NCBI GenBank assembly: GCA_051294905.1
Contig: CM119373.1
Span: 15,624,001-15,688,000 of the forward strand
Direction: 5' to 3'
Source of the DNA: Botryllus schlosseri
Taxonomy: Eukaryota
DNA length: 64,000 bases
Part shown: positions 12,342-23,709 of the stretch, piece after piece
Position numbering within the stretch: the stretch's first letter is position 1
How the letters are laid out: each line of letters starts with the position of its first letter
Made by a program: the position numbers and the translations under genes
Notes under the pieces: model-generated
What the model saw: only the letters and a program-made list of their open reading frames with translations
Database searches by the model: none
Told to the model about the DNA's origin: nothing

Positions 12342-12663
12342 CAGTGGTTCTCAATGTTTTTTCGACACGACCTATTTATGATAGTGTAAAATTTCACGCC
12401 ATCTTATCGTCGCGAAAATCTTTCTTAAATTCTCATCAGCAATTGAACGAACTGCCTCGCACCGCCGATACATCATATCAGCCTGATTTCAAACATCTTG
12501 CAGCCCATGTGGAGCCGTATTACCAGCAGCCCGTATCAGCACACAATAATAAATTTCATTCCATAGTCTATATTTCATTGTTTCATCATTTATTTTTAAT
12601 TTTTTTGGTCGCGTCCTATTTCAGGCGAAAATGTTTTACATGCGTCTCGCGGATGAAACCCCT
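12342..12663 (+). mobile_element. Degenerate hAT (Buster/Charlie-like) MITE in intron 1 of the secreted-protein gene
   Basis: CAGTGGTTCTCAA left end; internal RTADTSYQPDFKHLA resembles a Buster-type transposase C-terminus; no TSD. Confidence 0.5.
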
Positions 12664-12767
12664 GACTCATAGCTTAACATATAGTTCAATTACCCTATAA
12701 TTTTAATCATATAATACAGTTAAAGGGAAAGTAAATAACGAATGCAAATACAAGTTGTAGAGTATAT

Positions 12768-13266
12768 CAGCGGCGGGCAACATACGGCCCGCGGGATGGA
12801 TCCGACCCGCAGCGGGATTTTGAGCGGCCCGCGGACAGCTTCCAGCGTTACATGATAATGTGGCTCACGGCTCGAATCTACATGCATTGGCGTGCAAACG
12901 TTTTTGAACATTAGCATTTATTAGACGAAGCTGCATTCCAATCGAACTAATGTTCAAGTGCAGTCGTTGCTAAGGGGCTGTAGGCCTACGTCCAACATGC
13001 AGCCAGAGTTCAAAGAACTTGTTGACAACTTCGATAGACCACATATATCTCATTGACTTCAAGAGATTTTGAAGTACATTACTTGATAATTTCATTGGCT
13101 ACTGTTTTTGATCTGTATGCTTTACGCTTGAAATTAACATTAATACGATTTGTTTTTTATATAGGTGGATAAATACGCAAAAAATGTATCGATTCGGGAA
13201 TCCGGCCCGCCAAGTGCTTTATTGGTTCATATCCGGCCCGCCGACAGGAGAAGTTGCCCGCCCCTG
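12768..13266 (+). mobile_element. hAT (Buster/Charlie-like) MITE retaining the transposase C-terminal codons
   Basis: CAGCGGCGGGCAAC ... GTTGCCCGCCCCTG; TSD GAGTATAT / GACTATAT; internal SNMQPEFKELVDNFDRPHISH*. Confidence 0.85.
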
Positions 13267-13490
13267 GACTATATGGTGCTCACAGAGCAACATCAACAAT
13301 GATATATTCTACAGTCCTTCATTGCGAACCGATTTGTTAAGTAGAAATTAAATGTGAATGTCTTGCCCGCCCTCAAACATCATCTAATTAAGAGACTAAT
13401 CATATAGCATAGGCTACCCATCAATCCTATAAATTAGCAAGTTTTGGCGTTCCATTTGCATTCTATAACATAATATATGTCGTACATTAC

Positions 13491-13554
13491 CGTTACACAG
13501 GTCCAAAGCTACAAGTAACGCTACTCCAAGAACAATGACTGCCTTCACAGGCAT
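13491..13554 (-). CDS. Predicted small secreted protein, exon 1 (signal peptide MPVKAVIVLGVALLVALDLCN)
   Basis: ATG in AGCAACATG context; basic residue plus hydrophobic core; donor G/GTAATG, phase 1. Confidence 0.72.
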
Positions 13555-13584
13555 GTTGCTTTTCTTTGCATCGAGGTGCGAAAG

Positions 13585-13619
13585 ATGACTGCACTGCGTG
13601 AGAGCCTTGAAGGCTTATA
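13585..13619 (-). promoter_or_regulatory. Candidate TATA box plus initiator for the secreted-protein gene
   Basis: Minus-strand TATAAG (13614-13619) lies 29 nt upstream of the A in an Inr-like GCAGTC (13590), which is 36 nt before the ATG. Confidence 0.5.
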
Positions 13620-14055
13620 TGCAATACGTAAATTCAGACACGTTTTACTACGGCGACGGGTGGGCGATAATATCACCAAATAGCATCAACTGCAGAATAT
13701 CTAAGGAATGTGTTTCAGTGTTATTATAATTTTAATATTGGCCGTTTTTGGGCGATGTTTGTAGACATGTTTATGTCTAAATGATCGAGTTTTTTATGTT
13801 GTTTCTTCAGCCATTTCCAGGAATTTAATACATGCATTCAGGAAATAAGTATATAAAAAAGCCTTACCAAAATTCTCGAGCGCTCTCCGTATCGTTCGAC
13901 CTCACGAGGTTGCTTCAAACTATGTAAAATAGTAAATGTAAGCCTAATATTTTCTATTCTTATTACCAACCAAAAAAGGCATGAACAGATTGTGTAGATC
14001 GCCCGTAGAATACATATGTCCTTCATTAAATATTGTACCAACCGAGGGTAGACAT

Positions 14056-14992
14056 TAGGGATGGTGTGAACCTCTGAAAGGTTCAGGTTCGTGTGAACGC
14101 GAACCTTTTTGAAAGGTTCTGTGTGAACGCGAACGTGAACCTCGTGACGTCATATTGCTAATTCCAACCCCATCTTTCAATGAAGTGATAGCCTATATTA
14201 ATGTACACGATACCTAGCGACGACTCGGGCCACATAATGCCACAATGCTGAAGTACATTTTGGCGTTTTAAACGTCGCTAAATGTATCAATTGAGGCAAT
14301 CAAATGATATAATACTCCCATAAAATCAATATCATCCGTCGCTTTGCCAATAATTTCGACGAGGAGTTGCCAGGGAATATAAGCTTACGCCTTAACGGTC
14401 TTGACCAGACCGGACATGCATGTATTCGGTGCATGAGTATTGCTACATTGATATTGAGCAGAGTGTAAAACAGGTTTTTACACTTGCTACCGATATTAGG
14501 CTACCCCAAAAGGTAGCCAACACTTTAATCGCACGGGTTTGGACTTAATGATACTGTAAACATATGAAGTGAAGATTGACCCCGTACGCTAGCAAGATTT
14601 GTTACATCAAAAAACGATATCGATCTAATTGATTGGTTGAATAAGCATCATTCGCTTTCTACATGTTATGTATGTCGCTCGTGATGTTGTGTGATTGCGG
14701 GTCGAGCTCACAGCAGAGAGTCACTAAATATTCACAAACGGGAAGTTGGATATTTCAAGCAAAATTTTGTAACAATCTTTGAGATTGTCAAGGTGAATGC
14801 TCGGTTAGAGTTGGTTTTTTGTGCTGCCGACGTCATTCATAGAGTGGCCCGCCGTTGAAATGCAATAAATTCGAACCAAGTATGTCATTATGAAGTGAAA
14901 ATTGTAATATACGAAAAAGGTTCACAGTGTAGAGCCTTCCCGAGGTTCACACACAGAACGCGAACGTGAACCTCGCGTTCACACCATCCCTA
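14056..14992. mobile_element. hAT (Ac-type, TAGGG termini) non-autonomous element
   Basis: TAGGGATGGTGTGAAC ... GTTCACACCATCCCTA; subterminal GAACGCGAAC repeats; TSD GTAGACAT / GTAAACAT. Confidence 0.9.
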
Positions 14993-15446
14993 GTAAACAT
15001 TCCAGTAATTTGTAGTATAATGGATGGTATGATAGCATTTGTATTCCACTGTCTCGATTAGGGTGGCATTTAAAACAAATGGTGTTTTAAAACACTGAAT
15101 AGAACATGCCTTTTATAAACAACAAAATGTTTTTTTTTCTAAGTTGCATATTTGTACCATAATTGTGTAAATATCATCTTCAAAAGCATGCAGTATGAGC
15201 CTACGGACGATTTGGACGATTTGTAACCGGTATATTCGCAGTGACCGATTTACGATACGGTGTGATTGGAAGCCTCGAAAGCGTCGTAGGTTCAGCAACT
15301 ATCCAACGTATATATAGACCAGTGGTTTTTAACGTTGCCTCCAGCGCCCCCCAAAGGGCGCTGGCGATTTTGAAGGGGGCGGAAACGCTCAGGGGGCGAT
15401 ATAGGAGGCGCTGAAGAAAAATATCTTCGCAGTAGATGATTTAGTA

Positions 15447-16433
15447 CAGGGCCGGCCAACCTTTTCAGCCAAAGGGCCACATTCGATTGACAAAATATCG
15501 CGCGGGCCACTTACCGCGCGAAGCGCGAAAATTTTTTGAAGTTCATAGGTCAATAATATTGTCACTTGACTATATTGCGAGCCTGCCGTATATCGCTGGG
15601 CTAAGTTTGCGAGGACTGGGCTATTCGGCGCATGGACATATCGATATCGAAAGCTGCGACCAACATGCGTCAATCTTTCCGTGCCTAGGTTTCATAGTCA
15701 ACGATCTTACTGCGAGCGCAAACGCAAGGTCGCATATGTTGAACGACACTTTGTCCCGTAATCGCGAGTATAGTTAGACTCAATCTGATACCTCAGGCAT
15801 TCTTCCATTTTCACAAAAAGGGCAACAATATTAAAAACAAGGAATCGAGTGACAACATGTTGCGCTAAGCTTGCAGAAAATTTTTACTTTTGATAAATCT
15901 ACCGCAAATTATTCTGCTTTATTGTAGTGTACGAAGATATACCAATATGTGACTGGCTGATGGATCTGTCAATGCGTCGGAACTGATATTTTAGTCATCA
16001 CATCTCAAGTGTTGCGGCCAAACTAATCAAATTTTTGGTTGGCCTTGCAAGTTCACAACCGAGCGAGATAGTGTAATGGTTATGCGTCCGGCTTCTCGAG
16101 CGGTAGGTCGTGGGTTCGATCCCCGGCCGGGTCATACCAAAGACTCGAAAAATGGTATCCGCAGCTATCCTGCTAGGCGCTCAGCAATCACGGATAGCAT
16201 GGAGGAGAAAAAAAAACGGGGGCGCAGACTAGATGACCTCATGGGGCCGTATCGCAACTCCGTCGCCAAAGCATCTCGATGGTGCAGGCGAGAAAGAATA
16301 TCATATCTCTCTCTCTCTCTCTCTCTGTGCAATCCATTTTTGATATTAGAAATTTCGGAAATTACCTCGCGGGCCACTCAAAACCTTCTCGCGGGCCACA
16401 TGTGGCCCGCGGGCCACGGGTTGGCCGGCCCTG
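15447..16433. mobile_element. hAT MITE (CAGGGCCGGCCAACC family), nested
   Basis: Perfect inverted termini; 8-bp TSD ATTTAGTA. A related right end occurs at ~21490-21632. Confidence 0.92.
16059..16326 (+). mobile_element. tRNA-derived SINE with LINE-like 3' tail
   Basis: A-box-like TAGTGTAATGG (16069-16079), B-box GGTTCGATCCC (16113-16123), CAGACTAGATGACCT (16225-16239), terminal (CT)n. Confidence 0.85.
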
Positions 16434-16605
16434 ATTTAGTAGTACGACATCTCCCTAATGAGTATTCAGAGCAAATTAACATTCAACAAAACACGTTTAA
16501 TCCCGCGATTTTCGTCGCGCTACGCGACGATGTTTGCTACATATGTTTTTATTAATATAGTGGGTTATTTTAATTCATTTAAAATGAATTGCGCGTACTT
16601 TTAGG

Positions 16606-17501
16606 CAGTGTTGGGATCAAGTCACTACCTTCGAGTCACGAGTCATTTCGAGTCATTGCACATTTTGACTCGAGTCAAGTCAAGTCAATCGATTTTCAAA
16701 TATGACTCATGTCAAGTCAAGTCACTCCATTTTTGGAGGTGACTCGAGTCAAGTCGAGTCAAGTCAAGTCACGAGTCAAGTCAAAATTCAAGTCAAGTTG
16801 CCTTTTCGAAGTATGAGGCATGATAACGTCATTGCATTTTGCTAGCTGTCTGATATACAGATTTAGTGTTCATTGATTTTGAACCGATGAACGCATATAG
16901 AGTTAAATATACACCAAGAAGGCGCTGTATCGATCACATGTAAGTTCAACTGCTAAACCTCAGTTTATAGTTACCAGCCAAGATAGAGAATATAGATACG
17001 AATTGATAAGATGCAATACATTGCGCATTTACAAATCGATATGATAGGCTACAATTCGAGCCAGCGCCAATGGTTGAGGACTATATAAACTATATTCGAA
17101 TTGAGTTTCAATAAAACAAGAGGTTTGGTTAAGGTAAAAACAGAGAACAAAATTTACTTTACTATACTAGTTTACGACAACGTAAGCTGTAAGCTTCGAT
17201 CAAGTCGTTTGCGGTCAATTCATTTGTGAGAGCATAATGGAGGCTCAGTAAAACGCACGATCATTAAATGATTGGTCGCTCTCACGGGTTACACCAGCGT
17301 TTGGCGAACAATACGAACATATGCAAGATGCAGTGATTTTGATCAAAGCCGATTACTTGATGACTTGAAATTGACTCGTGAATTTTGCTCCGAGTCACGA
17401 GTCAATCCACATTTCTGATAAGCCGAGTCAAGTCAAGTCAAGTCATTTTAGCAAAGTGATTCGAGTCAATTCAAGTCTTGACTCGAGTCATTCCAACACT
17501 G
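16606..17501. mobile_element. hAT-like element with GACTCGAGTC/AAGTC subterminal arrays
   Basis: CAGTGTTGG(G/A)AT termini; perfect 8-bp TSD CTTTTAGG. Confidence 0.9.
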
Positions 17502-17549
17502 CTTTTAGGTCGCCAATTTCCCGTTAAAACACTGCCGTCAGTAGTAGGT

Positions 17550-17935
17550 ATGATCGGTCGCGAATCGCCATTGGTTCTTATGGGTGCGGCGGCGATTCGC
17601 CTGGAAACTCGTGGTGGCATGCGGCTCTTATTTCTTATGGGTGCGGTCGCATGATAGCATTACGGAGATAGGGATCGGTCGCATGCTAACGTTTTCGGGT
17701 ATAGGCGGCGGCGGCATGCTAACGTGAAAACTCGTGGTGGCATGCTAATGTTTTTTGGTACGTGCGGCGACATGCTAACGACGATAAATGTGTCTGTCAT
17801 GTATTCTTACGGGGTCTGTGGTGACTCGCCATGTGTTCTTATGGGTGCGGTCGCATGCGGCTATTGCGTCTTATGGATGCGGCGATGATTCGTACTTTCG
17901 GTATAGACCGCGGGCGGCATGTCGTACTTTCACCA
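17550..17935. repeat. Degenerate ~30-bp tandem array (CTTATGGGTGCGGTCGCATGC-like)
   Basis: About ten diverged copies are visible by eye. Confidence 0.65.
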
Positions 17936-17969
17936 AAAAGGGTGTGAAATAGTTGGCTAAATCTAGGAA

Positions 17970-18485
17970 TCACTAGCAAGGTAATATTTGGTAATTAGTT
18001 TGCCAGAGAGCCGGCGTAGACGGCGATACGAATATCAACAATAACAACGGTCGCAAACTAACACTTCAAATACGTGTGAAATAGTTTGCAAAACCCCGCG
18101 ATCGCTGACAAGATAATGTCTCGGACATAACCATCTTTCGCGACTTGGTGTTACAGGCATATCGATCGCTCACGCGGTGAAATTTTCGTAAGCAGTTTGT
18201 CACAGAGCTTGATTTCACTCGTAAAGATTTAATAAGTAACGAATAACAGACCGCCAGTGTCGGTAACTTGAATAGCGACAAATTGTCACTTATTTCTACT
18301 CTAACCCTAATCCTTTGTGAAGTGTACGCTTATTCAAAAAGGCGTGAAATAATTCTAAAATCCTACGACCGCTCACAGGGTAATGCTCCAGACATAGCGA
18401 TCGCTCATGTCCGCTCACAAGGTAATATTTCCGTAACTAGTTTGTCACAGAGTCGTCGCAGACGGTGATTCGTAAACCAACAATT
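17970..18485. repeat. Degenerate tandem repeats (CGCTCACAAGGTAAT...AGTTTGTCACAGAG)
   Basis: Motif recurs near 17975, 18100, 18165, 18370 and 18410. Confidence 0.55.
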
Positions 18486-19377
18486 TGACACTTTCTGGTG
18501 GTCGCTATATGTTTTGACACTTCGGAACGTGGTCGACTTTAGTTGTATGATAAGAATCATGCGAATATACAAGTAATGTGTCAATTTGTCAACTTGAAAT
18601 GAAACTCACTAAACAACTCAAGTTGATTCGTATCTTAATGTTTTAATTCGGTACAACTCTGATCCTTTTAGAAATTCTTTTAATAATGCGATCTTTTGAA
18701 TCGACCGTAACCTGAATATTACTGACGTCGACTTTCAATACGAACCATTGCGCGGGTCACTTGAGTGACGATTACCTTTTTATAGTCGTCCGATAGGAAC
18801 GAACCGGATTCGGTAACGGTGAAAACAAGTCTTATCTTACAACTCATCAAAATCGATATCAATTACGTCATGAAAACTAAGAGTGCATTCATGTCCTAGC
18901 TGCGCGATTTTTTTTCAAAGTTAATGAATGAATTCGGTCAATAATATTTTTACATGTATGTATTGCAGGTCACCTATGCATACCGTTGGGCTCATTTGGC
19001 AATGACAGGATTATTTGGCGCTTGGACATATCAATATCAAAGATTTCGGTGAACAAGCGTCTAACACAGTGGTTTCCAATCTTTTTATACTTATCGCCCC
19101 CTTATCAATCTCGACACAATCCCCCCTTATCAATCACGACACAAAGCCCCCTTATTTAGGGATCCGAAAAAGAGGTGATATAACCGGGAAATTTATTCAT
19201 ATAACTCTGATCGCTGGCTAATGTATTAACAAAAATGTAACTTTCAGAGGGGGGTTTACGCGTCTACTTTCAATTGAGTTGACCTTTTTTCGGGTCATAT
19301 TCAGAATAAGCAGTGCATATTTGGCCGTATTAATTAAATATATCTCACTGAACGTTCTAACATTTCGTCCCCTATCG

Positions 19378-21055
19378 CAGTGGTTCCTAACCTTGCCTCC
19401 AGGGGCGCTGGCGATTTTGAAGGGGGCGGAAACGCTCAGGGGGCGAGAAGAAAAATGGCTTTGCAGTAGATGATGTGGTAGTAGGACATATCCTTAATGA
19501 GTATTTAGAGCAAATTAACATTCAACAGAACACGTCAAATCCCGAAATGTTTGGTTGCGCTACGCTACGCGACGATGTTTGCTACATATATGTTTTCATA
19601 AATGCAGTGGGTTATTATAATTCATATAAACGAATTGCGCTTACTTTTAAATCGCCAATTTACCGTTAAAACACTACCGTCACGCTTGCTACGGTTATTT
19701 TCAACAACATGTTTCGAATTAGGTATCATATCCCGCAGCGCACAGCGTGTGAAAATCGAAGAAGGAGGAGGCACTGTATATCACTTTGGAGAGTGAGAGC
19801 CCCGTGTACATAAAATGAGTTTTGAAGCTTTGTCCACGAAATGAATTACTAAATATATTTGTATTTGAGATCTACAAAATTAACTCGTCAGAATATTTCT
19901 TCATCCTATCATAAAGCATGATACTATCTAGTGTTGTGGTTCACAGCCTCACATGAACGTTATATAATATGAGTCGCTCTGTTTGGAATACATTCATGTT
20001 AAAATTAAATACATGGTACAGTACTAAATTAAATGTGAGCAGATATATGCATCCCATTCGCAGTTGACTTACTTTTTGGTACACAAAGCACTAAGACAAA
20101 ATCCAATACCAATAATTTCCCCGTATTGCCAATCGCCGATGTGAATTCTGGATGGTTCGAACCACAGGGAATGATACCGTACCCGATTGTTGTTATAACA
20201 ACCTTTATTTGACCCTGAATATACCACACACAATTATTATATGGTGTATTTTAGTCGAATGGTCCTCGAGCGCGATTAAAGCGCGAAATATTTACAATAC
20301 CAAAGTTCCGAAAAAAACGACCGGACTTTGACCTCTCACCAGGACCAAAACTGCTGTAACCCAAACCCCGAATCGGTGAGCTCGAAGGGTGCCCTAAAGT
20401 ATTTCGGTGAATCAACATCAATTACACATCATATTTTGACGCTTCCACCACGGAAGAATACGCATAATTATATAAATAGGCATATCGGCGTCGGTCATTA
20501 TCACGCCACGATGCACGAAGACACAAGACATATGTAGTTCCGGTCAATACGGGACTCTTTCGACTATATAGCGGACAAGAGGTAACAATATAACAACATG
20601 TAACGAATTAAATGTACCAACGGGCACGCCCGAATACGTTCAATTATTAATTACGTGGCCTTTATTTTCCAATACAACAGCTCACTCAGCGCTTCTGGTA
20701 AATCTGATTACGTGGCCTGAGAGGATCAGAAGTTTATAGTGACATGTATATGCAATTGCCACCTATTCATTCGTGCATTATAGAAAATGTTGACGCCTAT
20801 AGGGCGGCCAGGCCACACGAACTTTGCTGACCATCGAAATCACGCGACGGGGTTCTTGGGAGCGAAGCCCTGAGAAGTTTGGTTAATGACGCTATGGGTA
20901 CGCAAGACAATCGTTTTAGGGGGGCTGACGAAGTACTGTTACGGCTCTCCCTCTTACCCATTGTCTTCATTACAGTACTTACAATATGAGCGGGGCGCTG
21001 GAGCACGATAATGTTTGAAAAGGGGCGCTGGAGGAAAAAAGGTTAAGAACCACTG
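19378..21055. mobile_element. Non-autonomous hAT element of the same family as 503-2346
   Basis: CAGTGGTTCCTAACC ... GGTTAAGAACCACTG; perfect TSD CCCTATCG; 20600-21055 aligns with 1890-2346. Confidence 0.92.
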
Positions 21056-21864
21056 CCCTATCGCATCCCAGTCGCCCCATTTGGTAATTTCACCTCCTTC
21101 TTTCTCAAAATCTCCCACGTTGGGAACCACTTGCCAAACATTTTGTGCATATTTTTCATCGCCGACAATCTTTCTGCGAGTGTGCACAGACGCGAAGTCA
21201 ACTGTTGCACGACCGTTCTATAATAATTGCGACTATAGTTCGACTCAATTCTGTAAATTGGGCGTATTTCGAATTTCCAGGCGGGTCACCAATACTAAAA
21301 GAACGTAATTGAGAGAAAATAAATTGGCCGAACTGCTAAGAAAAATATTAGGTCAATTGAATCTTCCACGAAATATTCTAATTCATGGTCATATACGAAG
21401 ACCTATCGAAAATGTGGCTGGCTCCCGGTTACAAAAATGTGTCTAAATTGATATTTTAGTCATTACCATCCCAAATTCCGAGGTCAGGGTAACCAAATTT
21501 TTGGTTAGCCTTATAATTAACAATAAATTACCTGGGTAATTTACTTTTTGATATAATACCTAATTTTTGAAATTACCTTGCGGGCCACTCAAAACCTTCT
21601 CACTGGCCACATTTGCGGGTTGACCGCCCCTGAAGTAAGTGGTAATGTTTGTAGACTATCTGTAATTCCAGCTTTCAGAGATGGTGAGTAGGGAAGTACT
21701 TGTACTTTTCCAGAGAACTCAAGTAGTTTATTGCAGACATGCACCAGATAATCAAGTGTTTATGACATAGGACTGTTTCAACTTCAAGACAGTTTCAGAA
21801 TAAAGCAATAATAGACCTTGAATAATAACTTGATACTTCTGCAATTTTACTCGCTTGGACGCAG

Positions 21865-22413
21865 AAACGTCACTTTTGCATTGGTTCGGCTTGGTTCCTA
21901 TAATATTCCACTCGAAGCCCTCGTTATTGGGCTGTGGTCTGACCTTGAGAAGTGTCTCGATGCCTACGGGACTCGGCAATTTTTTTCAATTTATTTTCCC
22001 GTACGTTAATTTAACATCACGAAGGTAATTTCATTCATGAGATTGGTATTACTTATTTGCTCGAGTTACAACCGTAGCGCCTGAAACGGAATTTTACGAA
22101 GCTTTTCGATAAAATCCAACACATGGTCTAATTTCGAATGGTGAATTGTGAAGCTCAAATAGTCAGACTTCGCAAATATTAGATTGCTTTTGCTATTTTT
22201 TCATCGCAATAAGTCATTCTGGACTGCTAAACTGTATTTGTAGGATATATGTGAAACTGGTACCTTTCATCAAGGCCATTGAAAAAAGTACATCTCAACA
22301 TTTTATTAGCACTAAATTTCTACTCAATTGCAAGAAGGGGAATTGAAGGCCCAGTTTGCTTGAAAACTGAAAACTCTGAAGTAGAAGTAGATGCAGTCCA
22401 AATAGATAATTAG
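21865..22413 (+). CDS. Candidate spliced coding segments (21865-22000, 22244-22259, 22310-22413) of an unknown gene
   Basis: GT-AG junctions give a continuous frame ending in TAG: NVTFALVRLGSYNIPLEALVIGLWSDLEKCLDAYGTRQFFSIYFP/DICET/ALNFYSIARRGIEGPVCLK...DN*. No family recognised. Confidence 0.35.
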
Positions 22414-23709
22414 TCTACCTAATTACTTGATTAAGTATAGTGCAAGCACGCATAACCTACTTCAGTACTCCAAAATGTTCAAGTACTTCGCAATCGAGTC
22501 CCTCCCCGTAAAAAGTGACTACGATTTTGGACTACTTTTACCAGTAATTACCAGTTTCAGTTTTAGATATACAATTCGGAATAAAATAAACTAGCTCGTT
22601 CACCTACTTGGAAATCTCTCCTTTAACATGTACTTGAGTGGAACAAGTAAATTTCATTTAATTATTCTACATGTATTATACGTGACCATGTTTAAGAATA
22701 ACATAATAACTTTTCGTTATATTTGAAGTCTGTCAAATATCAGTAAATGTTACGGTAACATCTATTCGCTAAATCGAGCTCGTTCAGTTTGATCATCTTG
22801 AATAACGATATTCATTCGGCGGTCTCGTTAGTGATAGCCTTGAAACTTAATTTGAATCAGTGTTAGATGACATTATAGCGATAGGGAGTTACGGCATTTT
22901 AATATTAGCTACATTACGACACCAAATTTCGTTGGTTCTACCCGTTTAAATATCATGTTCTAATATACTGTGTGTACGGACTAAATATAAATATGGATAT
23001 GTTTTTGCTATTTACAAAATACTTCGCTCAGTAACCAATTTATCGTGGATTCCAAACCGCTAAACTTATGAATCAGGAAAAATACATCAAGGTGTGTTAA
23101 GTTGCGGTATTATGTACCTAGTAATTGGCGCGAGTAATCCCGCTTCTGCTGATTCAAACTGAGATTCAAGGCTATCACTGACGAGACGGCCGAATGAATA
23201 TCGTTAGTCAAGAAACGAAATTTGGTGACCCAAGGTAGCTAATGTTAAACTGCCGTAATTCCCTATCGCTATAATGTCATCTAACACTGATCCAACTTTC
23301 AAGGCGATCACTGACGTGGTCGCCGAATGAATATCGTTAGTTCAGTTGATCAAACAGAACGAGCTCGGCGTAGCGAATATGAGGTCACCTAAACATATAC
23401 TGTTACTTTACAGACATAAAATATAACATAAAGTAATTATGTCAGTAATAAAATATGTTCAAGTATACAAGTAGAATTATTATTAAATAAGATTTACTTG
23501 GTCCACTCAAGTACAAGTCAAAGGAGGGATTTCCAAGTAGGTGAATGAGCTAGTTTTTTTTTCGAATTTTATCTAAAACTGTTAAGTATACTCGTAAAAG
23601 TAGTTTAAAGCCGTACACACTTTTTACGGGGAGGGACTCGATCGCGAAACTCAAGTCGGTTTTGCCTGCTTCCATCATACTTAATCAAGTGTTTATCTAT
23701 TTAGACTGC
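22393..23709. repeat. Long imperfect inverted repeat (foldback), arms ~22393-22935 and ~23215-23709
   Basis: For example GAGTCCCTCCCCGTAAAAAGTG vs CACTTTTTACGGGGAGGGACTC, and AGATGACATTATAGCGATAGGG vs CCCTATCGCTATAATGTCATCT. Confidence 0.85.

Larger units (their letters stand above)
15320..17545 (+). mobile_element. Left part of a CAGTGG-family hAT element, interrupted by two further hAT insertions
   Basis: Colinear with 19378-19680 once 15447-16433 and 16606-17501 are removed; right end not found. Confidence 0.8.

Noticed and set aside
16059-16135. Functional tRNA gene
   Set aside because: A and B boxes are present, but the sequence continues into a SINE body and (CT)n tail, and a deleted second copy exists at 10576. 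I could not build a convincing cloverleaf.
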